Source: an uncultured delta proteobacterium (GTDB lineage: Bacteria; Myxococcota_A; Polyangia; Fen-1088). Taken from it: 64,000 bases of DNA. Each line of letters starts with the position of its first letter. Position 1 is the first letter of the stretch. The stretch is from positions 192,001-256,000 of the forward strand of contig CAVYGB010000001.1 in the NCBI GenBank assembly GCA_963767925.1. Reading direction: 5' to 3'. Shown here piece by piece: positions 43,901 to 54,960 of this stretch. The position numbers were made by a program, and so were the translations under genes. The notes below the pieces were generated by a model. It searched no databases. It was not told where the DNA came from and saw only the letters and a list, made by a program, of their open reading frames with translations.

Positions 43901-44696
43901 CCTCCGGGCCCAGCCAGACGACCAGGGTGCCGTCGCCCGCCCCGGTCGCGGGCAGCGCCGGGTGCGCCCTGGCCGTGACGATCACCAGGGTTCGCTGGGC
44001 CACCGTGCCGGGCGCGCTCAACCCGGCCAGCGCCGCGCCCGCCACCGCCAGCGCCTCGGCCGGTGGGGCGATCGACCCACCCGCGGGCGCCAGCCCCTCT
44101 GTCAGACGCTCCGCGAGCACCGGGCGATCGGCCAGGAACGGCGCCACCTGGGTGGTCTCCGCGCCCCAGCGGTAGATCGCCACGCGCTCGTCCGCCGGTC
44201 GCTGCGCCAGCACCGCCCGCACCGCCGCCCGGGCCCGCGCGTTCTCCGCGGCGGATGCCCCCGGATCCACGAGCAACAGCGTGAAGGCAATCTCCCGCGG
44301 CCGCCGCGCCACCGCCGTGGCCCCCACCGCCGGCCCGCTCACCGCCAGGCAGCGCCCGAGGTCGGCCTCCACCGGCACCCCATCCTGGAACGACAGCGCC
44401 ACCGCCACCTCCAGCCCGGCCCCGCCGTGGTCCGCCGCCCGCGCGATCTGCCCGTCCGCCAGCCGATCACAGGGATCGTCGCCGCCACAGGCCACCACCG
44501 TCAGGGCGAGCGCGACGGCGAGCGTGAACGCGGGCCCTGGCCGCCACCCGGGCCGCGCCGAGCGAGCGAAGGGCCCCCCGACCGCCAGATCGGGATCGAT
44601 CCGCGCGCCCGCGGGCCGTCGCGATCGATCGTGCGAAGGGAGCCGGGCCGGAAGCGCGGGCTCCGGCTCGGTCACGAGAAGAGGGGAGGGGTTCAC
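40980..44696 (-). CDS. CotH kinase family lipoprotein with vWA-like N-domain and Cys-containing C-terminal repeats
   Basis: VVAC lipobox; HYRGEGS..RRNYSV, GMYLLLE, SGDY, WDQDDAF; repeated AADG..RCLP; GTG start inferred. Confidence 0.75.
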   Translation of the reverse strand: MNPSPLLVTEPEPALPARLPSHDRSRRPAGARIDPDLAVGGPFARSARPGWRPGPAFTLAVALALTVVACGGDDPCDRLADGQIARAADHGGAGLEVAVALSFQDGVPVEADLGRCLAVSGPAVGATAVARRPREIAFTLLLVDPGASAAENARARAAVRAVLAQRPADERVAIYRWGAETTQVAPFLADRPVLAERLTEGLAPAGGSIAPPAEALAVAGAALAGLSAPGTVAQRTLVIVTARAHPALPATGAGDGTLVVWLGPEAAQASAAALSTGLRFSFAAADVNAATADASAVTPDLDAAVAGSSGEASSLSAAVAELSARIDAYQRYGHYAVAACGVPPGGALAVRAGRAPPRPVRPLIAEDAAGGSCDAPRLAQAGPPQPRRIELVFTPEQKAAAAALHQQRSREDFPVAVRMSPDSQPVQATAHYRGEGSYACPRRNYSVNLAGRTPRFVFPGFAQDKFHLVSMCRDRFYLRNLLVLTTLAAEGLFPVPFDLIELVVDGQEQGMYLLLENAADSLRVQQAGVRAVLRRYKVPAVAATTPEVRWVAAPAPESEALASYHGILAGVSGLQGAALEAGLRRRFHLDGYLLWTAILNGFQSGDYVDEVFFYATESTDAAGARSDYHLVMGWDQDDAFSTCHFGGALAIQDPAGLLGCSESELDRRIFSDPLLYRRYAEVLGRWLDRFTVERFAGRLRETADRLLVHLRKPAVLAAMTELGLDANAADGFALVTTLMAGELELLVTQYDERRASLRARLEKLGSGLPGDPSAGVAIPDPGPGDLQPARTEPAPAAIDPARVVPAASGARLAALWLEGAEPAAAGGRVFAGFHDRQLGVRCWFARAADGSQRCLPLRSFAAAVLYQDAACTRPVQVRPASACEPPAYLGVRSGQGCPGAEVLYRAGAPVAEAELFGRDAAGGCARLPAPSATDQVLALEEAPPAAFVAAVPAPAPAVGGRLVPARLIAEDGAASPAGWRDTQLGHGCALLTAADGELRCLPAELPVVQAGLFADDRCRVPAAVGLASTCARAEQVLRAMTARCETRFAVAAGGDRAVAHQQMGGRCGPVAGDPPATFPLGMEVPAATFAGGLTTGALGSAGRLRPLVRLAGDAAAPEDAFHDGERQVTCLPGVAADGLLRCLPRSEGEIAMFSDPDCRAPVVSGRLTCAPPTVLALAMPGTCPARSRLHRVGAPYFGGVYERQASRCLARAFPSQALFHLGPEIPPTTFAALKFTPP

Positions 44697-44697
44697 G

Positions 44698-46230
44698 TCA
44701 TCGCTCCGTGCAAAAGCCGCCGCGGCAGCCGAGGGTGAGGCCGCCGGGACAGGCGGTCGGGGTGGGGACAAGCGCGAAGGGCAGGGGGTCGGCGCAGCAC
44801 GGGTCGCCCCGGTTCCCGCAGGGCAGGCAGCGCTCGCCGTGACCCGCGATGAGCCGGCAGGTGGTGAGGGCCGCCGTGCAGGCCCCCGCGCAGCAGGGCT
44901 GGCCCGCGCCGCCACAGGCCCCGCAGGCGCCGCCCTGGCATACCCCACCGCCGCTGCCGCAGGTGGCGCCCGCCGCCACGCAGGCGCCCCCGTCGTTCAC
45001 TCCGGCGCGCACGCAGCAGCCGGCGCCGCAGCGGTTGCCCGGGCAGCAGGGCTGGCCGGGCTGCCCGCAGGCCTGGCACACCCGCGGCGGCGGCATCAGC
45101 AGCGGATCCGATGTCCCCACCGGGGTGAGCCCCACCGCCGCGCACAGCGCCTCGCCGTCGCTGTCGCAAGGCGGCCGCCCCGGATCGAAGCAGCAGCTCT
45201 GTCCGTTCTGCCCGCAGCCGGCACAGCGGCCCTGCTGGCAGGTCCCGGCCGGGCCCGACGGGGACGGGCAGGTCGCCCCGGTGGCCACGCAGGCCCCACC
45301 GGCGCAGCAGCCTCCCTCCGCACACGCGACGGCGCCGGGCCCGGCCGGACAGCAGGGCTGTCCGTTCTGCCCGCAGCCCCGGCACACCCGCGGCGCCGGC
45401 AGCCCCGAGCCCGCCGGCGCCGCCCCCTCGGGGACGCAGGCCATCCCGGCGGCACACGGCAGGTCGAGGCAGCAGGGCTGCCCCGCGCCGCCACAGGGCG
45501 AGACGCAGGTGGCGGACGCGAAGTCGCAGGTCACCCCCGCGCCCTCGCAGGGCGCGCGCCCGGGCTGGGCGCAGCAGGCCTGCCCCAGGCCGCCGCAGCG
45601 ATCGCAGCGCCCGCCCTCGCAGCGCCCGCCCGCCCCGCAGCTCGCCCCGCCGGCCAGGCAGCGGCCGGCGCTGCAGCAGCCGCCGCCGTTGCAGGCGCCG
45701 CCGGAGCAGCAGGCCTGCCCCGGTTCGCCGCAGGGAAAGCAGCGCCCGCTGCCGCCGCAGGCGGTGTCCGCCGCCAGGCAGCCCCCACCGGGACAGCACT
45801 CCTGCCCGTAGCCGCCACACGCGGTGCAGACGCCCCCCGCGCACACGCTGCCAGCAGCGGTGCAGCTCCCCCGCGCGCAGCAGGGCTGATCGATCCCGCC
45901 GCAGGCTCCGCCTCCGCACGAGCCCTGCTGGCACATCCCCGGCAGCCGCAGGCAGGCCGTCCCCGCCGCCACGCAGGCCCGCTCCACGCAGCACCCACCC
46001 CCCGCGCACAGGTTCCCCGCGCAGCAGGCCTGCCCCGCCCCCCCGCACACAACCGCCGCCCCGCTCCCCGCCTCTCGCCCCGCCGCGTCCGCCGCCCCGG
46101 CCGCATCGACCGCCACCCGCGGCCGCGGCAGATCCGCCCGCGCCCCATCCGCCCCCGCCACCATAGCCGTGGGCGCCCGCTCCCCTGACGAGCAGCCGAG
46201 CAACAACAGCGCAACGATCCCGATCCGCAT
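44698..46230 (-). CDS. Cys-rich repeat lipoprotein
   Basis: LLGC lipobox; about ten CGxxGQxCC repeats. Confidence 0.8.
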   Translation of the reverse strand: MRIGIVALLLLGCSSGERAPTAMVAGADGARADLPRPRVAVDAAGAADAAGREAGSGAAVVCGGAGQACCAGNLCAGGGCCVERACVAAGTACLRLPGMCQQGSCGGGACGGIDQPCCARGSCTAAGSVCAGGVCTACGGYGQECCPGGGCLAADTACGGSGRCFPCGEPGQACCSGGACNGGGCCSAGRCLAGGASCGAGGRCEGGRCDRCGGLGQACCAQPGRAPCEGAGVTCDFASATCVSPCGGAGQPCCLDLPCAAGMACVPEGAAPAGSGLPAPRVCRGCGQNGQPCCPAGPGAVACAEGGCCAGGACVATGATCPSPSGPAGTCQQGRCAGCGQNGQSCCFDPGRPPCDSDGEALCAAVGLTPVGTSDPLLMPPPRVCQACGQPGQPCCPGNRCGAGCCVRAGVNDGGACVAAGATCGSGGGVCQGGACGACGGAGQPCCAGACTAALTTCRLIAGHGERCLPCGNRGDPCCADPLPFALVPTPTACPGGLTLGCRGGFCTER

Positions 46231-46329
46231 CCCGCCGACCTTAGCGAAAACCGTTGCCGCCGCCCGAAATTCCGCCGCGACGCCGTGCTCCCCCGCACCC
46301 CCCCCCGGCCCGGTCGCCCGGGCCTCCCG

Positions 46330-46800
46330 TCACCCCTGCGTCGTCCCTCGCGCCCGCACCCGCTCGAGCACCCGGACGTCCGCCAGGTCTTGCGGCCGCC
46401 CGGCCGCCCGCTTGTTCACGATCAGATCGTCGAGGCCGATGATCCGGACGGCGAGCCCGTCCCACTGGCCCGTCACGGAACGTGCGAAGACCGCATCCAC
46501 GTCGATCCCGTCGATTGTCCGCAGCAGGTCGATGCGCAACGGTGGCAAACCCAGGAAGACGACGTCCGCGTCCGCCATGGATCGGGTCGCGGCGACGACG
46601 TTGTCGGGGGCCCCGAAGCGCGCCAGCGCCGTGGCCGCGCGCTGGAGGTTCTCCGCGTCTCCCTTCAGGAGGAGGTCGAGGTCCTTGGTGGCGCGCGGCC
46701 GCGCGTGGAACGCGAAGGCGTATCCGCCGACGATGAGGTGTTCAACCCTTTCGCGGTCGAACTCCTCCAGCAGCTCTCGAAAGTCCAGGGGGAGCGTCAT
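46330..46800 (-). CDS. Nucleotidyltransferase (DUF6036-like) putative toxin
   Basis: IVGGYAFAFHARPRATKDLDL and NKRAAGRPQDLAD. Confidence 0.85.
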   Translation of the reverse strand: MTLPLDFRELLEEFDRERVEHLIVGGYAFAFHARPRATKDLDLLLKGDAENLQRAATALARFGAPDNVVAATRSMADADVVFLGLPPLRIDLLRTIDGIDVDAVFARSVTGQWDGLAVRIIGLDDLIVNKRAAGRPQDLADVRVLERVRARGTTQG

Positions 46801-46987
46801 GGTCCTGCTTCAATCCCTCCTGTTCGGTCCACATGGCGAAGACGGCCCCGATGCGTTGCGGAGCGGGCGCCGCGAGCCAGAACGCGAGGTCGGCATCCTC
46901 CATCTCCTCGAACGAGTGAGCGACGCCGCCATGCCACGACTCTCGACGCATCGAAGCCCGAATTCGCCGTGCCTCGGCATCATCCAT
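46742..46987 (-). CDS. Small partner of the nucleotidyltransferase
   Basis: FEEMEDADLAFWLAAPAPQRI; overlaps the NTase start. Confidence 0.65.
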   Translation of the reverse strand: MDDAEARRIRASMRRESWHGGVAHSFEEMEDADLAFWLAAPAPQRIGAVFAMWTEQEGLKQDHDAPPGLSRAAGGVRPRKG

Positions 46988-47105
46988 GGCCGAAGAAGCA
47001 TATCACGCTCCGTTCGAGGAGCCCCCGTTCCGGGTCAGGCGCCGGGCCGGTCGTCTCGACGCGGGCGCCGGGCGCAGCCCGTGGACGAAGCGACGTCTCG
47101 GGTTG

Positions 47106-47234
47106 GGCACGTCTGAACGCACCGGCCGACTACCGAGCTTGGCACCAAGAGGCGGTACGTGAGGCTTGTCAGAGGAGCCTCACGTATCGCGATGATCGAG
47201 ATGACGCTCATCGGCCGGTGCGTTCAGACGTGCC
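47106..47234. mobile_element. MITE-like element with perfect 24-bp terminal inverted repeats
   Basis: ggcacgtctgaacgcaccggccga / tcggccggtgcgttcagacgtgcc; inner stem gcggtacgtgaggct / agcctcacgtatcgc. Confidence 0.7.
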
Positions 47235-47264
47235 GGGCTGGAACGTCACTTTATCCGCAGTCTG

Positions 47265-48197
47265 CTACGGGCCCTTGCGGGGCTTCTTCGACGCCGGCGC
47301 CGCGGCGGCGGGCGGGGGCTTGGCCTTGCTGGGCGGCCTGGCGCGGGGCTCGGGGTCCACGCCCAGCTCGGCGCGGATGCGGCGGATCTCGGGGAGCGCC
47401 TTCTCGCGCATGCGCGCGAGGTGATCGCGCCAGGCCTCGCGGTAAGGGCGCAGGGTCAGCACCAGGCGCTGCAGGATCGCCAGGTTGCGAAACCACTTTC
47501 GATCCGCGGGCACCAGGTGCCAGGGCAGCTCCGGCGAAGCGCAGCGCTCGAGCGCGTCCTGGTAGGCCTCGGTGGTGCGGTCCCACCGGGGCAGCTCGCG
47601 CCAGTCGTTCACGTTCAGCTTCCAGGCGGTGCGGGGATCCGCCTCGCGCTCGCGCAGGCGCTCGATCTGCTCCTCGCGGCTGATGTGCAGGTACAGCTTC
47701 ACCACCAGGGTGCCGCTGTCGGCGAGCTGCTCTTCGAAGTGGTTGATCTGCCGGAACCGGCGCCCCCACACCTTCTCGGGCACCAGGTCGTGCACCCGCA
47801 CCGCGATCACGTCTTCGTAGTGGGAGCGGTTGAACAGCGCGATCTTCCCCTTGCCCGGTGTCTCCCGGTGGACGCGCCAGAGGAAGTCGTGGGCCAGCTC
47901 CTCGCTGCTGGGCGCCTTGAAGGCGACAACCCGGGCGTTGAGCACGTTGGCGTACTCCAGGATCTTGCGGATCGCCCCGTCCTTGCCGCTGGCGTCCCGG
48001 CCCTGGACCACCACCAGCAGCGCGTGTTGTCCGGCGTAGGCCAGCAGGTTCGTCAGCTCGGTCAGCTCGACGCCCAGCTCCTCGAGCTCCTTTTGCGCCC
48101 GGGCCTTGTCCAGGCCGCCGTCGTCGCGGGCGTCCACCTCGTCGAGCTGGACCGGCTTTTTACCGTCGAGGACGCGGGCGTAAGGATCGCGGGCCAT
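47265..48197 (-). CDS. ppk2: Polyphosphate kinase 2 family protein
   Basis: QGRDASGKDG, FKAPSSEELAHDFLWR, FNRSHYEDV and PADRKWFRN. Confidence 0.92.
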   Translation of the reverse strand: MARDPYARVLDGKKPVQLDEVDARDDGGLDKARAQKELEELGVELTELTNLLAYAGQHALLVVVQGRDASGKDGAIRKILEYANVLNARVVAFKAPSSEELAHDFLWRVHRETPGKGKIALFNRSHYEDVIAVRVHDLVPEKVWGRRFRQINHFEEQLADSGTLVVKLYLHISREEQIERLREREADPRTAWKLNVNDWRELPRWDRTTEAYQDALERCASPELPWHLVPADRKWFRNLAILQRLVLTLRPYREAWRDHLARMREKALPEIRRIRAELGVDPEPRARPPSKAKPPPAAAAPASKKPRKGP

Positions 48198-48333
48198 CGC
48201 CGCGACTTTACCAGACCGGACGACGCGACGTCCCGGTTCCCCGCGCGCCCGCCGTCCAATCCCCGCGCGCCGCGGACCGCGGTTTCAGGCCTCGCCTTTC
48301 CCGTCGATTCGTGGCAGAGCACCCGAAGCCGAG

Positions 48334-50142
48334 ATGAAGCAGAAGGTCCGTCAGGTGGTCGAGGCCACGCTCGCCTCGCTCAGGGCGAAGGGGAGCCTGA
48401 ATTTCGCCGAGCTGCCCCCCTACAGCGTCGAGGTGCCCAAGTCGGCCGACCACGGCGACTGGAGCTGCAACGTCGCGATGGTGCTCGCCCGGGCCGCCGG
48501 CAAGAAGCCGCGCGAGATCGCCGAGGCCATCGCCGCCAACCTCGTCGACCCCGACGGCCTGGTGACCAAGGTCGAGACCGCCGGCCCCGGCTTCCTCAAC
48601 TTCCGCCTGGTAGACAAGGTCTTCCAGCAGGTCGCGCGCGAGGTGCTGGCCGCCGGCCCGCGCTTCGGGCGCCAGCCCCCCCGCTCCACCGGCAAGCGCA
48701 TGCTGGTCGAGTTCGTCTCGGCCAACCCCACCGGCCCGATCCACATCGGCCACGCCCGGGGGGCCCTCATGGGCGACGCCATCGCCCGCCTGCTGGAGGC
48801 CGTCGGCCACGACGTCACCCGCGAGTTTTACATCAACGACCACGGCAAGCAGGTCGAGACTCTCGGTCGCACCGTCTACAAGCGCTACCGCGAGCTGTTC
48901 GGGTTCGAGGCCCTCCTGGCCGAGGGGGAGTACCCCTCGCCCTACGTCATCGACATCGCCAGGGTCTGGCGCGACGAGGTGGGCAACCGCTACCTCGAGG
49001 CCCCCGAGGCGGAGTGGCTGCCCGCCGCCATGGCGGTCGGCATCCGGGAGAACCTCGCCGCGATCCGCGCGACCCTGGAGAAGGCCGGCATCCGCCACGA
49101 CGCCTTCTTCAGCGAGGCGTCGCTGCACGCCGCGGGCAAGGTGCGCGAGGTGGTGGAGGTGTACCGCAACCGCGGCGTCACCTACGAGGCCGACCAGGGC
49201 CGCCGCCGCGAGCAGAACGAGAAGGTCCGCAGCGAGGAGTCCAAGGCCGCCCAGTTCGCCGACCGGCAAAAGGGCGGCACCTTCCTGATGACCGCCACCT
49301 ATCAGGAGGACGGCAAATACGTCCTCAAGGACGACGAGGACCGGGTCATCTTGCGCCCCGACGACTCGCCCGTCTATCTGACCGCCGACCTCGCCTACCA
49401 CAAGGAGAAGTTCGACCGGGGCTACGACCTCATGGTCGACGTGCTCGGCGCCGACCACTTCGGCCACGTCCCCCGCATCCAGTCCGGGATGGCCCTGCTG
49501 GGCCACGACGTGAGCAAGCTGCAGTTCGTGCTGGTGCAGATGGTGCGCATCACCCGGGGAGGCGAGGAGGTCAAGGTCAGCAAGCGCCGGGGCACGGTGT
49601 TCGAGCTCGCCGATCTGATCGACGAGGCGGGCCCCGACGTCTGCCGCTTCCTCTTCCTCATGAAGACCCGGGACGCCCAGTTCGACTTCGACCTGGACGC
49701 CGTCCAGCAGCAGTCCCGGGAGAACCCGGTCTTCTACCTCCAGTACGGCCACGCGCGCTGCGCCGCCATCCTGGCCAGGGCCCAGGAGCGCGGCACCCCC
49801 TTCCGCCCCGACGACCTCGGCGACGCCGCCCTCGCTCGCCTGACGCTCGCCGAGGAGAAGGCCCTGCTCAAGCGGATGAGCCAGCTCCCGGACGTGATCG
49901 CCCTGGCCGCCGACAAGCTGGAGCCCCACCACGTCCTGTATTTTTGCCAGCAGCTCATCACCGACTTTCACAGCTACTACACCCAGTACAAGAGCGACCC
50001 CGTGATCAGCGCCGACGTGGACCGGACCCAGGGCCGCCTGGCCATGGTCGCCGCGTTGAAACAGACCCTGCAGAGCGCCTTCAACATCCTCGGCATCCAG
50101 GCCCCCGACCACATGGTCGCGCCCGAAGCCGACCCCGACTGA
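48334..50142 (+). CDS. argS: Arginine--tRNA ligase
   Basis: EFVSANPTGPIHIGHARGA, GADH, KVSKRRG and YLQYGHAR. Confidence 0.97.
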   Translation: MKQKVRQVVEATLASLRAKGSLNFAELPPYSVEVPKSADHGDWSCNVAMVLARAAGKKPREIAEAIAANLVDPDGLVTKVETAGPGFLNFRLVDKVFQQVAREVLAAGPRFGRQPPRSTGKRMLVEFVSANPTGPIHIGHARGALMGDAIARLLEAVGHDVTREFYINDHGKQVETLGRTVYKRYRELFGFEALLAEGEYPSPYVIDIARVWRDEVGNRYLEAPEAEWLPAAMAVGIRENLAAIRATLEKAGIRHDAFFSEASLHAAGKVREVVEVYRNRGVTYEADQGRRREQNEKVRSEESKAAQFADRQKGGTFLMTATYQEDGKYVLKDDEDRVILRPDDSPVYLTADLAYHKEKFDRGYDLMVDVLGADHFGHVPRIQSGMALLGHDVSKLQFVLVQMVRITRGGEEVKVSKRRGTVFELADLIDEAGPDVCRFLFLMKTRDAQFDFDLDAVQQQSRENPVFYLQYGHARCAAILARAQERGTPFRPDDLGDAALARLTLAEEKALLKRMSQLPDVIALAADKLEPHHVLYFCQQLITDFHSYYTQYKSDPVISADVDRTQGRLAMVAALKQTLQSAFNILGIQAPDHMVAPEADPD

Positions 50143-50250
50143 CACGCACGCCCCTCGCCCCCTGGGCAGGCTGGGAGGACGGGGCCGTCCGCTCATGTCG
50201 GTGGGCGACCTGCCTGGCCCTTCATTCAGGGGGGACAGGGGTTTGCCGAT

Positions 50251-51471
50251 GTGGGATCAGAGATGCCAGGCCCACGGCGGCAACCAGCGCGGATGTCGGC
50301 GGCGCGACCCACAGCCACCCGGGTCGGTCCGGGCGCTTTGCTGGCCTGGCTGGGCCGGCTGTTTCGCGATCGCCGCTCGCCCGACGCCGGGGCCCCCGAC
50401 GCGGCCGCGGCCTCCGACGCCGCCCCGAGCCCCGACGCGGCCCCGGCCCCGGCCGCCATGTCTGCCGCAGCCAGGCTGGAGGCCTTGCGGTCGGCGCCGA
50501 CCGGCAGCTTCCGCTTCGACGGGCCGCTGCTCGATCGCGACGGGCTGGCTGGCTTCTCGCGGTTCATCGGGTTCGAGCTCACCCTTGTGGCTCCCTTGCC
50601 CGCCGCCGAGGCGGAGGCGCTCGAGGCGCTGGCCGCCCAGGTGCTCGCGCACGCCTCGGCCAACCCGCCGGATCCGGACGCCGCGCCCAGCCTGGCCTCT
50701 CGCATCCTCGAGCGGGCCAGCGATCCGGAGGTCGACGTCCCCCAGCTCACGCGCCTCGTGTCGCAGGACCCGGCCGTGGCGGCGGAGGTGCTCAACGTGG
50801 CCAACTCGGCGGCCATGCGCGGGCGCGAAGAGGCCAAGAACGTGCGCGACGCCATCACCCGCATCGGCCTGCGCGAGGCGGCCCAGATCGCCGCCGCCCT
50901 GGCCGTGCGCACGCTGTTCGACGGGGAACTGCGCGCCAGCCCGGCCAGCCTGCGCAGCCGCCTGGCCTCGCAGTTCAAGGAGGCCATGGTGGTGGCGATG
51001 GGGTCGGCGGCGCTGGCCATGCAGCTCGGCCGCGGGCGCTCCGACTACGCCTTCCTCGGCGGCATGTTCCACGACGTCGGCGGCCCGCTGGCCTTGCGCG
51101 CGCTGGGGGCCCTGCTCCAGGACGGGAAGGTCCCGGCCGAGCCCGCCGAGGTGGTGATCGATCGCCTGCTCGACCGGGTGCACCTGCCGATCGGCCTCGC
51201 CGCCCACCAGGCCTGGAAGCTGCCCAGCTACCTGATCGACCTGTGCGCCCACCACCACGACACCGTCGTGCCCCCCACCCCGGACAACGACAACCTCCTC
51301 ATCGTCCGGGTCGTCTCGGGGCTGCGCCGCCTGCGCCGCGGCCCGGCCGTCCCCCCCTCCCTGCCCGTCGAGATCGAGCAGAGCCTGAAGGTCCTCGGCG
51401 TCGACGCCTTCCGCCTCCGCGCCCTCGACACGCAGCTGAACGAGTTCGCCGAGCGCTTCGGCGTCTCCTAG
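50251..51471 (+). CDS. HDOD domain protein
   Basis: QDPAVAAEVLNVANSA, AITRIGL, GMFHDVG and WKLP; start uncertain. Confidence 0.85.
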   Translation: MGSEMPGPRRQPARMSAARPTATRVGPGALLAWLGRLFRDRRSPDAGAPDAAAASDAAPSPDAAPAPAAMSAAARLEALRSAPTGSFRFDGPLLDRDGLAGFSRFIGFELTLVAPLPAAEAEALEALAAQVLAHASANPPDPDAAPSLASRILERASDPEVDVPQLTRLVSQDPAVAAEVLNVANSAAMRGREEAKNVRDAITRIGLREAAQIAAALAVRTLFDGELRASPASLRSRLASQFKEAMVVAMGSAALAMQLGRGRSDYAFLGGMFHDVGGPLALRALGALLQDGKVPAEPAEVVIDRLLDRVHLPIGLAAHQAWKLPSYLIDLCAHHHDTVVPPTPDNDNLLIVRVVSGLRRLRRGPAVPPSLPVEIEQSLKVLGVDAFRLRALDTQLNEFAERFGVS

Positions 51472-51476
51472 AACGC

Positions 51477-51658
51477 GGGAGGCCCCCCCACCCCCCCTCT
51501 CCCCGCTGCCGCGGGGCGGGGCGAACAACCGCGGAGTTGACTCGCCCATCTCCCGAGCGGGTGCTCATGGCCGGATCGGGCTGAGGTTTCCGCTTCCCTG
51601 GGGGCCGGTCGCCCTCGCCCCGCGGCAGCGGGGAGAGGGTTGGGGTGAGGGGTCTCCG
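51477..51658. repeat. Inverted pair of REP-like elements
   Basis: Same family as 40790-40972, between convergent genes. Confidence 0.8.
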
Positions 51659-51915
51659 GCCTGACCGTTCGGCGTCTCCTCGGGCCCGGCCCGCCGATCC
51701 CGTCGTGGATCCGTTCGCGGGCCCCGGCGGCGGCCCACCCGCCGCCGTCGCGGCCGCCCTGGCCCCGCCGGCGGATCCGGAGGGGGCCAGCGCCGCGCCA
51801 TCGACCCGGGCGACTCCCCCGCGCGCGGCAACCCCCGCGCGCCCGTGACCCTCGTCGTCTGGAGCGACCATTCGCAGCATCACCGCCCAGTTCATCTGAA
51901 CGGCGGGTCGCGCGG

Positions 51916-53715
<1,800 letters not shown>

Positions 53716-53898
53716 TTATTCCATGAGCCTGGCTAATCCGGACCCACGCCGGTGCCCACGCGCCCCGCCGCGCCGGCGCCCGGCGCTCCGGGCAGCAGCG
53801 CCCCCCCCCGCCCGCGCCCGGCGCTCCGGGCCACTGCGCGCCCCCGCCCGCCATCTTGCCGCGGGGAGTCGGGGAGGCGGCGAAAATACGGGGCGGCC

Positions 53899-53925
53899 TG
53901 TCGATCCGGCAGCCCCCGATTCGTC
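53899..53925 (+). promoter_or_regulatory. ECF42-type sigma promoter
   Basis: TGTCGA-N17-CGTC upstream of the DHFR-like gene. Confidence 0.55.
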
Positions 53926-53985
53926 GTCCTCTCGAAGCCGGTCGGAAAGACTGACCGCGACGAAGAGAGCGAGAGGAGACCCCCC

Positions 53986-54570
53986 ATGCGCAAGCTCGTT
54001 GTTTCCGAGTTCATCACCCTCGACGGCGTCATCCAGGCCCCCGGAGGCGAGGACGAAGACCGCGACGGCGGCTTCACCCACGGCGGCTGGACCCAGCCCT
54101 ACTGGCACGACGACATCGGCAAGTCCTTCATGACCCTCATCGCCGACGTCGACGCCTTCCTGCTCGGCCGCCGCACCTACGTCACCCACGCCCAGGCCTT
54201 CGAGCCCATGCCCGCCGGCGACCCCTTCGGCGACGTCATGAACGCCCCCGCCAAATACGTCGTGTCGACGACGCTAGAAAAACCCATCTGGCGCAACACC
54301 ACCATCATCCGCGACAACGTCGTCGAGTCCGTCCGCCGCCTCAAGACCCAGCCCGGCAAGACCATCATCACCGACGGCAGCAGCCAGCTCCTCCACACCC
54401 TCCTCCCCGCCGACCTCGTCGATGAGCTCCACCTCCTCGTCTACCCCCTCGTCCTCGGCACCGGCAAACGCCTTTTCCCCCAGGGCCTCACCAACCGCCT
54501 CACCCTGAAAACCGCCCACCCCTTCCCCACCGGCGTCGTCGCCCTCCACTACACCCGGACGCCCAGGTAA
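53986..54570 (+). CDS. Dihydrofolate reductase family (RibD C-terminal-like) protein
   Basis: EFITLDGVIQAPGG, LLGRRTY and LVDELHLLVYPLVLGTGKRLF. Confidence 0.9.
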   Translation: MRKLVVSEFITLDGVIQAPGGEDEDRDGGFTHGGWTQPYWHDDIGKSFMTLIADVDAFLLGRRTYVTHAQAFEPMPAGDPFGDVMNAPAKYVVSTTLEKPIWRNTTIIRDNVVESVRRLKTQPGKTIITDGSSQLLHTLLPADLVDELHLLVYPLVLGTGKRLFPQGLTNRLTLKTAHPFPTGVVALHYTRTPR

Positions 54571-54629
54571 CGCCGATGGCAGGGTCCGGACGGAGTCTTC
54601 CCCCAGATCTCCGCCCCCCCGCTGCCCAT

Positions 54630-54673
54630 TCGCCCTCGCCCCGCGCAGCGGGGAGAATGGTGAGGGGCCTCCG
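54630..54673. repeat. Single REP-like element
   Basis: tcgccctcgccccgcgcagcggggaga..ggtgaggggcctccg. Confidence 0.7.
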
Positions 54674-54729
54674 CCGCAACCGCTGGGTGCCTACCCAGCC
54701 TTGTCCCCCCAGGGTAGTGTGGCTGCTCC

Positions 54730-54960
54730 ATGTTCGAGATCGTCGGTGCTCTTCAGGGCGTGGAGCAGATCGCGATCGGGAGAGGCATTCGAGAGCTTCG
54801 GCGTTTGAAGAAAGCGTACGGAGCGGGCCGATGGCGGAAGATGAAGGGCATTGCTAAACTACGGCTCCAAGATGGCAGCGTCCGGACGGCCGAGATCCAC
54901 TGGTACGAAGCGCATGGCGTCGGCCGCAAGGAGCTCAAGATCAAGCGCTTCGTCCCGTAG
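54730..54960 (+). CDS. Small basic hypothetical protein (toxin-like)
   Basis: 76 aa; IAIGRGIRELRRL..GRWRKMKG..AEIHWYEAHGVG. Confidence 0.75.
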   Translation: MFEIVGALQGVEQIAIGRGIRELRRLKKAYGAGRWRKMKGIAKLRLQDGSVRTAEIHWYEAHGVGRKELKIKRFVP

